Assembly: GCA_951406725.2 (NCBI GenBank) | Contig: OX597816.1 | Span: 69,564,001 to 69,628,000, forward strand | Reading direction: 5' to 3' | DNA length: 64,000 nucleotides | Source of the DNA: Octopus vulgaris | Taxonomy: Eukaryota | Part shown: in pieces, positions 1-12,899 of the stretch | How the letters are laid out: every line of letters starts with the position of its first letter | Numbering within the stretch: position 1 is the first letter of the stretch | Translations under genes and position numbers: made by a program | Notes under the pieces: model-generated | What the model was told of the DNA's origin: nothing | Database searches by the model: none | What the model saw: the letters and a program-made list of their open reading frames with translations, nothing else

Positions 1-119
1 TATCAAGCAGTACTATGAAAACACTTTTGTATAGTGCATTAGTTTTATTGCGCATTCAGTATTTCGGTGGCAAATCGGAAACGGCTTCCCTGCTTTAATT
101 CCTCGGGAGCAGGGTTATA

Positions 120-140
120 ATAATATTATTAATAATGATA

Positions 141-197
<57 letters not shown>

Positions 198-220
198 TAA
201 TAATAATAATGATATTATAA

Positions 221-314
<94 letters not shown>

Positions 315-315
315 C
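120..315. repeat. (AAT)n followed by (TAT)n compound microsatellite
   Basis: Read directly from the sequence; the two halves are reverse complements of each other. Confidence 0.95.
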
Positions 316-1247
316 GTATTACCAGTATAGAATAAGTGAAATGCAAAATCTCATTCTCTTTCCATTACTTGTATAATTTTTGTAAAGGTCTCGAAACTAT
401 GACCTTTAGGAATAGACACAATGTATATATTTTCTTTCTTAATGGAATTATTCTCCTAAATGTGACTGACACCTAAAATTGAGGCAGTGAACTATATACT
501 TCACAAATGAAACGAAGAAAAGCATATGATAAAGATAATCAGCTTAATGACACCCATGATGGCACACATAACATATAGATAATATAAACTATAAGGAATG
601 GTCCGCCCACGGCCAAAAAGCAGGGAAAATATATAAAGAATAATAACAGAAGGAAATATATTATTCTATTGAAAACAAAATTGTATGACAGTAGTAATTG
701 AATTACTACAGGTAATGTTGACTTTTGCAAAGGTCTCCCAATTATTGAAAAAGGGTTTTCGCAAACGTGAACATAATGTATGTGTACTTTATACATACAT
801 CTTCTCATATATGTATACCTGCATATGTGTGTGCGCGTGCGATTGTGTCTGTCTATTTATCGTTTATTTTTATGTATGTGTGCTTGTGTGAGTGTGTGTG
901 TGTGTGTGTACTGTTCTGTGTGTGTGTATGTATGTGTGTATAGAGTGCAGTCTATCTACAGCTCTGTGTTTGCATATGTGAGTCTGTGGATGCGCAGATT
1001 CACTTAATCACGGTCTCTAAAATAGATCTTTGATGATATTATATCTCGTGTCATATCTTTATTCTATTATCTCCATATTTGTGCCCAACCATTCTCCATT
1101 ATCTACAACTCTACAGCCTAATACCCTGTTTATCTAAAAATTGCCAAGTCATCTGTTAAAATAAACAAAATAAGCTTACATCATTCTGTGACAGTGTTAC
1201 GATTGAAAACTGCCACATATATTCGCTAAGACTTAATTTTATTTAAA

Positions 1248-2530
1248 TACTAGCAGAGTTACCCGGCGTTGTCCTTGTTACATACAATTGAAGAATTAGA
1301 ATTTTCTGTTATATTTTCTCTAATGAACATGAATATCTACGTTTCGAATTCCATCAAAATTGCAGATGAGGGTTATTTCCTTCTTTACACACCCCCAAAT
1401 AATTGTAATCGTGCCACATGTATCCCATACTACTGATTTTTATGCACAGATTCCAAAATGTCAGTCTTACTGAACCTGTTAAAAATATTTTGCTCCTGAA
1501 AACTGTTGGTCATGGAGCTCTAAAATGTGAGAGTTAAGGCTCCTGTTAGGGGTGGGCATCTTAATGTCAACCAGAGAAGTTGAATTGTTGAGAATCTTTT
1601 TAACCGCTTATATCTATTGTTTGAATTTCTTTGAAATAGGAAATATATGTTCACTGGGTTTGTAAAAGAGAGCAAAGCTACAGGAAACCAAAAGACGAAT
1701 GATCACAATAAGCAGTCAGTTACCCTACCCTAGTCGTTATCACTCCCAATGTAGGATTCCTCACCATCCAGGTGACAGGCACAGCCGTAAGATGCATTAC
1801 GAATCTATAGTAATTGGAAGGGCGTGACCCAACTGAAATAAATATTAACAACTGTGTGACGTGAGGGCTAAGGAGAAATGAAAGCGTCACCACTGGAGTT
1901 TGCAAGTGACCACTATACTGATACGTAACTGGACAGAATAAATTTACAATCTATAAATGTCTCTGAATTACCAGTCACTCATCTGGGAAGGCCTTGAAAT
2001 CAATTTTACCATATGGGGACTATGTGTGACAGAGTGATAATAAAAAGACTGAAAGGAGGTCTGCAATCAAATAACTTTACTCAACACTGAATCAGTGGAG
2101 GCAAAGATGCCTCTCATTTACTTGACAATTTATGCACCACATTGCAGAAATAACAATCTATGTGTATGTCATAGCAAACTCTTAGACCGTTGTACCATTG
2201 AATTAAAAATAATGCCCAACTTTTATGCTCAGGTAACCCTACAGCTCTCAAGAGTACAACTATTCGTCTTTGCTTAGATAAAATGACAAAATTGTGGGTG
2301 TTAAGTCCCATGAAGGGGTCTTTCTAACTTGTAAGAAGACGAAATTTTATAAATATTACTTCTTTTGTGTCTAATATCTATGGTTAAAATTTCATCAACA
2401 GTAAAGATATATGAATTGTCATGTGGGTTATGGCTCTTATGCACAGAATATAATTTCCAAATTTCGTAACGATCCATTCAGTAATTTTTTACCTTTTTTG
2501 GATGATAAGACAAGTGACTAAAATTTGAGA
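1248..2530 (+). mobile_element. Highly decayed Helitron/Helentron-like element with PIF1-helicase remnant
   Basis: Starts TACTAGCAGAGTTACCCGGCGTTG. 2140-2260 translates to HSKLLDRCTIELK...QVTLQLSRVQ, resembling the PIF1 motifs QGQTLD...GQLYVALSRV. Ends in AAATTTCGTAACGATCCATTCAG, like HINE 3' regions. Confidence 0.4.
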
Positions 2531-2534
2531 GTTA

Positions 2535-2673
2535 AGGCTGTGTCTCATATTTTTGTGTCTCATAATTTTGTTTGCCCAATCAGTTGTATCTATCAAGTTA
2601 TCTTTGCATGTGTGTGTGTATATATATCTCTATCTATCTATCTATCTATCTATTTATCTACATACACACATAT

Positions 2674-2754
<81 letters not shown>

Positions 2755-2861
2755 AATAGATTGATAGATAGATAGATAGATAGAGATATATATACACACA
2801 CATGCAAAGATAACTTGATAGATACAACTGATTGGGCAAACAAAAATATGAGACACAGCCT
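2535..2861. repeat. Long fold-back palindrome centred on (CA)n(TA)n(TG)n
   Basis: AGGCTGTGTCTCAT...TTTGCCCAATCAGTTGTATCTATCAAGTTATCTTTGCATGTG on the left is the reverse complement of CACATGCAAAGATAACTTGATAGATACAACTGATTGGGCAAACAAAAATATGAGACACAGCCT on the right. Confidence 0.92.
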
Positions 2862-3070
2862 AGTGCTTTTTTATGTTAATAAGCCTGGTACTTATTCTAT
2901 TAGGTTGTTCTTGTGAAACCACTAAGTTATGTGGATGTAAATAAATGAACAGCAGTTGTGAAGCAGTGATGAGGGCGAAACACAGAGACAAAGACACATA
3001 CATACACTTACATATATACATATATATATATATACGATTGATTTATTTCAGTTCCTGTCTACAAAATCCA
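2862..3070 (-). mobile_element. SINE family B fragment (diverged)
   Basis: Similar to the copy at 11692-12180 (TACGA...TTTCAGTT.C.GT.TAC.AAATCCA). Confidence 0.65.
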
Positions 3071-3074
3071 TATA

Positions 3075-3303
3075 TATTATTGTTGGCATCCTTTTTGTCT
3101 CGGGAGACAATGGAGTTGCGCATGAAATAATCTAGTCCGGCTGTTACATTTCATGTCCTAATACATCTCCTGCTGTGGCTGTGTAGTCCTATCCTGGACA
3201 AACACTCCCTCTGGCAAGTGCCGCAAATGTAGCGAAGCCTTTGCCTGGCTGGTTGTAATGTCATAGTTTCTTGTTGACGTCTTTTCTTGTCTTTCCATTT
3301 CTA

Positions 3304-3348
<45 letters not shown>

Positions 3349-4870
3349 GTCACTCCTTTGTGTTCCCTCTTTTACGGTATGTCGCCAACCTCAACGGTTG
3401 CTGGCACCTGATTCCCAGTTGGTAATATTGATGTTGCAGGCATTCATGTCCATTTTGCAAACATCCTTGTATCGTAAGAACAGTCTTCCCACAGAGCTAG
3501 TGCCCTTAGCAAGCTCTACGTTGAGTATGTCCTTGGGGATTCTGCCATCTTCCATAGGGCTAACATGTCCAAGCCATCTTATACGTCTTTGTGTGAGGAG
3601 TGCAAACATGCTTGGTATTCCTGCTTGCTTGAGGACATCATTGTTGGGGACATGATTCTGCCATTTGATGCGAAGGATTTTCCAGAGGCAGCGCAGGTGA
3701 AAGATATTTAGGCGACGCTCTTGTCGTATGTATGGCGTCCAAGTCTCACTTCCATACAGTAGAGTGCTAAGTACACATACCTGGGAAATCTTCATTTTTG
3801 TGGTCATGGTCAGTTTATTGTTATCCCATGCCCATTTGGAGAGTTGGGCCATCACAGCAGCTGCTTTGCCAATGCGTATATTGAGCTCAGCATCAAGGGA
3901 TACGTTGAAGGTGACGGTAGAGCCAAGATAGGTAAACTTCTCCACCTCCTGTAGTCTGTGGTCTCCAATATGTATGTTTGAGATGTTTGATGTAGCCCGA
4001 CCCATGATGTTGGTCTTCTTGAGGCTGATAATTAAGCCAAATCTCTAAAACAGTTGATGAGCCTTTGTAGGGCTTCTCCTGTGTGTGATACCAAAGCGGC
4101 ATCATAAACAAATAGCATCTCCTTGATCAGGACGCTTCTGATTTTGGTCTTGGCACGCAGACGCGAGAGATTGAACAGTTTCCCGTCACTTCTACTGTGC
4201 AGAATCACTCCATCATCTGATGTCTCAAAGGCATGTGACAGCAGCAGCGAGAAGATGCCAAATAATGTAGGAGCAAGGACACAACATTGCTTTACCCCGT
4301 TTTTTATTTGGAAGGCGGCTGATGTTGAACTATTGTGCTGTATGGTGCCCTGCATATCATCATGGAAAGATTTGATGATCCTCAACAGCTTTGGTGGACA
4401 TCCGATAGTTTGGAGCAGGCTGAAAAGGCTTTTTCTACTTACCAAGTCAAATGCCTTTGTCAGATCAATGAATGCCATATATAATGGCATTTTCTGCTCT
4501 CTGGACTTCTCCTGTAATTGATGTATGGAGAATATCATGTCAATAGTTGATCTGCTTCTTGTAAAGCCACATGCGATTCTGGATAAATTCGAGAAGCAAG
4601 CAGTTGTAGCCTGGACAGGATAACGCGAGCAAAGGTCTTTCCAACAGTGCTTAGAAGAGATATTCCACGGTAATTGTTACAATCACCACGGTCACCTTTG
4701 TTTTTGTAAAGCGTAATGATGTTAGCATTCCGCATATCCTGAGGGACTGTACCCTCTTCCTAGCACTGACACAGAAGCTAATAACGTGCCGAAGCAGGAT
4801 GGAGTTTTTGCCGGTTTTGATGATATCTAAGGGGATGCCGTCTTTTCGCGGAGCCTTATTAGTAAAAATG
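3075..4870 (-). mobile_element. RTE-clade LINE: RT domain, C-terminal zinc knuckle and 3' end (pseudogenised)
   Basis: Frameshifted ORFs contain NKAPRKDGIP, KNKGDRGDCNNYRGISLLS, FIDLTKAFD, GVKQCCVLAPTLF, LFVYDAAL (degenerate FADD), FTYLGS, LLYGSETW and RWLGHV. C-terminal CGTCQRECLSRIGLHSHSRRC at 3163-3225. RTE-type 3' stem-loop TTGTCTCCCGAGACAA near 3095-3110. Confidence 0.93.
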
Positions 4871-4879
4871 TCCATCACT

Positions 4880-5523
4880 CCAAGAAAATGGGCCGACCAC
4901 GCATTAACACCGCCAGAAACTCGGACCCTACACTGCGAAAATGTTTTGCTGCTTCTATCAAGGTTGCCCTCAGTAGCTGCCCAACTTCATCTGCTGAAAG
5001 TAGGTGGAAAGCTTTGTATATCACATCAATAGATACTTGCGGCATGAGAGAAAGGCAAAAAACTGGTGCAGTGCTGGGCTCTCAGAGCTGGAAACAGTCG
5101 TTGAAGCAAAACGTGCAGCTCTGATGCAATAAAAGAGCGATTCTTCTACAAAGTCACTCGAAGAACTCAGAAAGGCAAGAAATAAAAGCCAACTGACTGC
5201 CAGACGCTGTGCAAATAGGTAGTGGCAGGAAATCTGTCAGAGTATCCAGTCAGCTGCTGACAGTGGTGACACCCGTGGGATGTATGCCGGTTTGAAGAAG
5301 GACCTCGGTCCATCCGCAACCAAGTCAGCCTCCCTGAAATCAACTACTGGAGATCTCATCAACAACCAAAGCAAGCAAATGGATAGATTGGTGGAGTACT
5401 ACCAGGATCTCTACTCATGGGAGACCACGGTATCTCAGGCTGCAATCGAGGGTGTCAAGATCTTGCCAGTCATGTGCGCACTTGACAGTCTGCCATCTAT
5501 AGCAGAGCTCACCAAGGCTATTG
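4880..5523 (+). mobile_element. Inverted upstream segment (EN-RT linker) of an RTE LINE
   Basis: Encodes GRPRINTARN...SAESRWKAL and MYAGLKKDLGP...PVMCALDSLPSIAELTKAI, the region that directly precedes KAPGxDGIP in RTE ORFs. Confidence 0.85.
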
Positions 5524-5870
5524 GCCGACCAATTTTAACATCCGTACGTAGTTGTCGATATTTTCCAACTTTTTGCCCTTTGAGTGGATTTGCTAGAGGG
5601 AAACTGAAAAAGGCCCGTCGTATATATGTATATCTGTGTGTTAAGTCTTTCTGTCTGTGTTTGTCCCCACGCCTACCGCGTGTCAACCGGTGTTTGGTGT
5701 GTTTGCATACCCGTAACCTAGCGTTTCAGCACAAGGACTGATAGAATAAGCATCAGACTTAGAACAGTATTACTGGTGTCGATTCATTTGACTAAATATT
5801 TAAGGCGGTACTCCAGCATGACCACAGTCTAATAACTAAAACAAGTAAAATAAAAAAAAAGATAAAGATA
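5523..5870 (+). mobile_element. SINE family B, 3' part
   Basis: GAGTGGATTTG.TAGA.GGAAACTGAAA.AGGCCCGTCG, internal microsatellite, tail GGCGGTACTCCAGCATGACCACAGTCTAATAACTAAAACAAGTAAAA. Confidence 0.8.
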
Positions 5871-7454
5871 ATTTGAAGAAAAGTACCCATAATCTACACA
5901 TTAACGTGTATTTTACTAAGTTATCATTCCTTTATAAATGTATTCCCTTATAATTCATCCAGGTAAATGAAGGTGCGAATTGAGCAACATGGCTTGAGTG
6001 GATAGTGAGGGTTTTCCCTTAGACAGACAACCGAATTTCGATTGTTATTTTTATTGCAATAGGGTAAAGGCGCAAATTTCATCAGATGGCACTCCTCTAC
6101 GTTCTCAAGAAGATATGAATTCCATGCAAGATTTTGTGTAATCTCATGGGCGGTTTGTAGTTCGTAATTAGCTGAATCAAAGATTAGCTATGGCGTGCTA
6201 TATAAATCATATTACTATGAAATTATAAAAACATCGATTTACCTACTTATAAAATCATAAGATCATGAAATTATAAAGAATAATATTCATATTATGAATA
6301 CCATGAGAAAGTTTCACATAAATCTATTTATTAGTTTTGACTGAATATATGACCAACTAAAACCAGCCATATGTTCATTGAAAATCTATATACTTATTTG
6401 TGTAAAATCCGGTATTCACGCCGCAGTTTGTCGAAATTTAATCTTACGTTTGATCAACCATATATTATTGAAAAGAATTATCGGCTTCACATAAATGTGT
6501 GTTACTATAAGTATCGAGTATTCTATTTATCGTTTGCATTGTTAGCATATTTTCATGTAATCATATTTGAATACCTACTTTCATATATGCAAATATAAAA
6601 GTAAATATAATTTTACGGAAAAAGAAATTAGCATATCTGAAATGAGTCCTCATTCATCTCTGCCGAACCGTTCTGTATTTAGTGGTGATATGATTTTCGC
6701 CACAATAATCACATTCCTGCCAAATGCAATTGTGAAGTTTCTTATTATTGAAGTGTCACAACCTAACAGACTAGCTGCATTATATGTATTTAATCGTTTA
6801 TTCCTATTGTGTGTTGTATTTCAGATGTCTAAATCCGTAACATTGTTATCATGTAGATTAGTGTTTATTATTCCGCATATAACATCGATAGTCTCTCACT
6901 ACATTATTTTTCAATATATGCCTGAGCTGCAGTCTCTGTTGGAAAGAGTTAGATTCCGTGGATATTTGTATCAAGCCGTGTGTGTGTGTGTGTGTGTGTG
7001 TGTGAGTGCCCATCTTTGTCTGTATGTTATGAACTTGGATAAATTTTAGACATGTTTCAGCAACAATTGTTTCTAGCCATGTCTAACATAGTGCTGTATA
7101 GGACAGAACCAGTTAAGGTATTTCTAAGTCACGTTTTGTGTTATTATCTGAGATATATCCTAGTCTCAGATATATCCTACTTTGTTATTCCTTGAAGGAA
7201 GTTCTTTAGATATCATTCGACGTTTATAGGATATTTTCCTTCTTTAATTTCCGTTGGTGTAATGCGAGATCGAGCAGGACATGAAATTGTGATTCAATTT
7301 CGTTATGTAGCTCTCAATCTTTTAGGAGCCGTTTATCACGGAGTCTCCGTCTTGTATACATTATATACTGATGTCAAGGTCGTTTGGGTTATACTGGTGG
7401 AAAAACCTCCACATTGTGCAAATGTTATCACATTCAGGATGGTATAAGAGGGTT

Positions 7455-7687
7455 AAGGCGGCGAACTGGCAGGAACGTTAGCACGCCGGGGGAAATGCGT
7501 AGCCGTATTTCGTCTGCCGTTACGTTCTGAGTTCAAACTCCGCCGAGGTCGACTTTGCCTTTCATCCTTTCGGGGTCGATAAATTAAGTACCAGTTACGC
7601 ACTGGGGTCGATATAATCGACTTAATCCGCTTGTCTATCCTTATTTATACCCCCTGTGTTTAGCCCCCTGTGGGTAGTAAAGAAATA
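7455..7687 (+). mobile_element. tRNA-derived SINE family A, monomer
   Basis: Head AAGGCGGCGAACTGGCAG, B-box GAGTTCAAACTCC, central GCCTTTCATCCTTTCGGGGTCGATAAATTAAGTACCAG; at least 7 related copies in the window. Confidence 0.9.
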
Positions 7688-7729
7688 TGTATAGGAGAGG
7701 ATAATTTTTTTAATGTTTTCATGCGGTTC

Positions 7730-8740
7730 AGATAACCAAGAGCATTTATGTCATTTATTTTCTTAGTGATTGCTCTCTAGAGTGCCTCACTTCTCGTAGC
7801 GTTATGTTTGGGGACCACACTGTTCTAGGTTGGTGTGGCGGTACAAAGAAGAAGTAAAGGCACAAGGCACATGATAGCACTTGACTCGTTTGAATGGAGC
7901 GTTCTGCATGTCCACGAGCTCATCATGCGTGCTAGATCGACTTAATTGTTGATGAAGGAGGTGTAACTTGGACTAGTTTCAATAATTATTCTCAAGTTTC
8001 TCTCGTAGATCTTATGAGAGGTTCTACTGAATGAAGAGAGTAAGGTTGTTTGAGAACACTGGATTTTCAATGCACATGAGTTCAACTCTTTCCTCAGTTA
8101 ACAGCATATTTTTCTCTCCGTTTATTGAACTGAGCATGCGGTTCAAACTGGAGTTTAGTTCAGTATTCTCTGTTGATAAATGCTGAAGCGTAGAGTCATC
8201 TATGAATATATCTATTTCACTGTGTTTCATGATATTTGAGATGTCATTTATACATACTATGAAACGAAATGGGTCTTATACTACCCTTGGGGAAAATACT
8301 GTCCCCTTTTCCTGGGCTTGAGTGGATTCCGTTCATAACTCGTTGGAATATGTCCAGCTGGGAGTAAAAAACCCTGTACAGCATAATTCAACGTATTTCA
8401 ATCTAGAACAATATTAATATACGCACGTAGTGGTCTATTTTGACCTTTGAACCCTCGACCAAAACTTTAAGGATATCATCGATATGATTTGAAAAGCTGT
8501 TAGAGTCACTGTCACAACCAAACCCTTGCTTGTTGCAATTTAGGAGATTGTTACTATACAGTAAACTAGTTATTCTTAATATCACCTCCGTTTCAAATGC
8601 TTTGATTATGTGAGAGCTGAGCGAGGTTTGACGATATCTCATTGCAAATGACCTGTTACATTCTTTTTCGAAGATTGAAATGACGCAGATTTGTACTTTG
8701 CTTCTATAGCAAGGGAATCATGAAAACAAATGTCTATCCT
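7730..8740 (-). mobile_element. Decayed CR1/L2-group LINE reverse transcriptase
   Basis: YRQTSLSSHIIKAFE...NNLLNCNKQGF (cf. NYRPISLTSH...QHGF); PQGS...FIVCINDISNIMKHSEIDIFIDDS (RT motifs around FADD). Many stops. Confidence 0.8.
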
Positions 8741-8945
8741 TCCTTTAATCAATGTCTATCCTTCCTTTTATCTCCATGGATAATAGTTATAGCTGCCAGT
8801 TCGCTGCAGTAGCTCATGAGTTGTAGATAGATAGATAGATAGATAGACAGAGAGAGAGGAGAAAAATATATAACGATTGAGAGACACGAGAGAGAGAGGA
8901 GTTGATGCAAACATTCGTGTTTGCAAACATATACACTCTCTCTTT

Positions 8946-9011
<66 letters not shown>

Positions 9012-9022
9012 TATACATATCT

Positions 9023-9066
<44 letters not shown>

Positions 9067-10489
9067 TCTAGAAAAATTTGGTAGTGGCTTCCAAATTATA
9101 AGTATCTGCGTCGTCATACAACATGGTGAGTCTTCGGAGTCACTACCACCGTTGGAATTAAATGACTATCATAAGAATACATTTATGTTTGAGTGTGTGT
9201 GTGTGTGTCTGTATGTGCTTGCGTGCGTGTACGTGTACGTGTGCGCCTGCGCGACTCTGTGTGTGCCTTGCACAGTAGGATATACCTCGACTTGAAAAAT
9301 ATATCTGAAAAATTCTATGAAAGAATCGATGTCTTTAATCGAACACTTTGCAATCGGAAATAGACTCGAGCCAAGCGGCACTACATGATATATAAGTAGA
9401 TGAAAATCAATAGCGCAGAAGAACAGACGATGTCTCAGAATAGATATTTAAGAGAAATATTCTATGAGAGATTCATTAGAACTAATATAAAGACTATTAG
9501 AAGATGGATCCGGTAGTAACTGAAAGCAATAATGGGTTATAGACATGATATGGTTCACTAACGTAACAATTGATATTGATAAACTGAAATTGCGAGTGGC
9601 ATTGACAATAGGTAAAAATAAGTTGAAATAAAGACGCCGAAGAATGGAATTGTGTTGTGAACAATATGATATTGATATATTTCAATCAGAAATCAAGGAA
9701 TTGACCTGAAATGATTCAGAGAAAAGTAGAAAAAAATGATATGAATGAATAGAAGAGAAATAAGTTGGATAATGAAGATACTTGGTGGTAGAAGAAAAAA
9801 ACGAACAAGTTGAGAATTACTAATTGGTGTTGCTTGTATATTATTTTGCTTCATATATTACGGCTGCGATAAGACTGTACATGATCGACTGTATAATGTC
9901 GCCTTTTAACAACAAATGCCAACAATTTGTAGTACACGGTTATTCGCCTAAGAAACACGTTTCATTAGTGAGAGGTTTCGCGTTCGATTCTAGTGGGTGG
10001 ATCCGTGTGTCTTTTCAGTTAATTTCGACAAAATTTATGGAAACCTCGATATATAAAAGACATGGTATATCAGAAACTCGGTGGAGGTCCATGATTGGAA
10101 CCAATCTGGTTCTTGGATGGTCGGCTTAATCCGTCATTTACATGAAGTTACATATGACATCCTATGTACATACATACACCCACACAAACATACATACACA
10201 CACACACATAAATACATACATACGAAGTACCCACTCATGGATGATGAATTGTCTAGATTGGCAAAATCGCCTGCAACCAAAAATGCTGCCATTGCGAGAC
10301 TCACAGAAACATTGGCAACGATCATTATACTTATAACTTTGAACTTAGGGCGGAAGAATCGCTTTCACTGTTATAAGTATTTCAATACGAATATTCCAAA
10401 GAGACAATCTCTTTGTAATTCTGTTCATTTTGACATTGTCTGTCCTAATCAAAAGTCATACGGCTATATACATAGGTCTTAGATGCTAG

Positions 10490-11215
10490 AGATATTGATT
10501 TAATCCATAAATTCATTATGAATGACCTCAGGAGGTTTATTAAGATGTTAACAACACCTAAAACGAGCAGCTTCCAGCTGACAGAAGCTTGGTATTTGAC
10601 CGAAAGAAATGTACATATTTGATTCCTGAACGGTGGAAATCAGTCCCCAGAGCCAAAATGTTTACATCAATGGTGTTGCTGTCTCTCATGTCCCACAAAA
10701 AGAGTAATACAAGTTCCTAAATGTTGATAAAAAGCATGAGATACGAACGTACTTAGAATAAATCACAAGTGCCCCGAGAATATTATGCAAGACTTTGAAA
10801 AACTACGGAAATGGGAACTCTCCTCTCACAAGAAGACGTCATCCCAAAGTGCATTTGCAGTAGCAATGCTAAATTCAGCATTTGAGAGGCTTGACTCGTC
10901 CGTAGATGAAATCCACTTCATAAACTTTAAAACCAGTAAGATACTGACACCGACATTACTTGCTAAACAACAACAAAAAAATAAACATTAACTCGATGCT
11001 CAAAAGTGAAGAGAACAATATCCTACGAAGCCTTTTTCGGAGTTGTGAACGCTATGTCAAATCAGACTCCGATTGCTATGCATTTTCAATCCAAGAACAG
11101 ATTGCTACGAAACAGATTGATAAGAACAGATCAGATTACTATGAAATACCTAACACACAAAAGCGAGACTGAAACTCCTGCGGATCCTAGATGCAACCTA
11201 TAATAAATATTATGC
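10490..11215 (+). mobile_element. Decayed R4/Dong-like non-LTR retrotransposon fragment
   Basis: HKFIMNDLRRF (cf. H..FMDDLKLY); ELSSHKKTSSQSAFAVAML...DEIHFINFKTSKILT (cf. SELSxxNK...NAFAVP...EI..ID.KTRKILT); AFSIQEQIATK; DPRC. Confidence 0.65.
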
Positions 11216-11691
11216 CACATTATTCTGGAAGAGAACATGCATGTAATTAGCAGCTGTTTAAAAGTTTCCTCAATGTGCTACTTAACCTGTGCGATACGTC
11301 GCATCTCATAACTGAATTTTTGTTCACGGAAACTGTGTTGAAGCACTCCACACACACACACGCACGCACACAAGCACACACACAAGCACACAAGCACACA
11401 CACACATACATACTGATATATATATATGTTGTGTTTTTACGCGTGTGTCTCTTGTTTCTCGCCTCACCGCATGGCAACCAGTGTTGGGGTGTTTACCTCC
11501 CCGCAAGCTAGCAATTAAACAAAAAAATTCCGTAGAATATGTAACATGCTTAAACATATAAAGTACTGGTCAATTTGTTCAACCAAACACTGTCCAAGCA
11601 TAGCCGCATCCTAATACTCAATAGACATAAAAGATTAAAATGATCGAAGGAATAACTCAACATATATTTGGATCGCGCTGTGCTTGATTGC

Positions 11692-11993
11692 TTACTCTCT
11701 TACTCTTTTACTTGTTTCAGTCATATGACTGTAGTCATGCTGGAGTACCGCCTTTAGTCGAGCAAATCGACCCCCGGACTTATTCTTTGTAAGCGTAGTA
11801 CATATTCTATCTTTCGCTGTTGCAAAACTGATAAATGACGGGGACATAAACACAACAGCATCGTTTGTCAAGCGATGTTGGGGGGACAAACACAGACACA
11901 AAAACATATACATACACACACACACATACACACACACACGGACACATACACACACACACAAACACACACAAACACACACACACACACACACAT

Positions 11994-12033
<40 letters not shown>

Positions 12034-12180
12034 GACGGACTTCTTTCAGTTTCCGTTTACCAAATCCACTCACAAGGCTATAGTAGAAGACACCTGCCCG
12101 AGGTGTCACGCAGTGGGACTGAACCCGGAACCATGTGATTGAAAGGCAAGCTATTTAGCACACAGCCACTACTACGTCTA
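11692..12180 (-). mobile_element. tRNA-derived SINE family B, near full length, with internal (TA)/(TG) microsatellite
   Basis: Minus strand: head ...CACATGGTTCCGGGTTCAGTCCCACTGCGTGACACCTCGGGCAGGTG, tail GGCGGTACTCCAGCATGACTACAGTCATATGACTGAAACAAGTAAAAGAG. Confidence 0.88.
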
Positions 12181-12697
12181 TGCTTGTGCATGTTTGTCTT
12201 TTTATGCTTCTTAAAATGCATAGTTGTATGCGTCTCAATGCATGTTCGCGCGCATGGTAAGCATGTTAGTATGTGTGTGTGTGTTTCTGTATACCACTGT
12301 GTGTTTGTGTGTTGTGTTGCCCTATCTACACAAACACAAATATAATTGATTGAGATTTCAAGAGTATGTGTCAATATATACGTGACACCAGAAAGAGAAA
12401 AAAAATTGCAAATATATGTTAAAGCATATTCTTCAATATGAAATGATGTGTGATTAATCATGATTGATTTTTAGATACACTCTGACAGAAATGAATGTTG
12501 ATGTATTCCTGCTAAGAGAATAACTAAAATGTTTAATGCAGAATAAATGTCTGTGTTTAAAATGTCTTTGTTTCCAGTTTCTTTACTTCAATTCACACAC
12601 AGCCATAAGCACCGCACATACACACACACACGTATACATATAAAGGAAACATATATTCTTGTATATATATTTATATATATATACACCCCCCACACAC

Positions 12698-12761
<64 letters not shown>

Positions 12762-12815
12762 GTGAATTGAAGAAATGGAGTTGAACGAAGATTGAACAGA
12801 AATCGTTTTATTGCA

Positions 12816-12899
12816 TTCTACACGTGTTTCGAAAGGCACAATTTACCAAATTCCGATTGAATAATGAGACCATATTGTGTCTGTCTTTCTCTTCAGGAA
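12816..12899 (-). ncRNA. Minimal type-I hammerhead ribozyme motif
   Basis: Minus strand: UUC-CUGAAGA-GAAAG...CACAAU...AUUGUG.CUUUC-GAAA-CACGUG-UA-GAA. Full core, stem II, palindromic stem III, 3-bp stem I. Confidence 0.75.

Noticed and set aside
6025-6095. CTGATGA...GAAA on the minus strand
   Set aside because: Stem II does not pair next to the core.
8729-8768. 18-bp tandem duplication AATGTCTATCCTTCCTTT
   Set aside because: A simple local duplication at the CR1 edge with no partner at the other end, so not a TSD.
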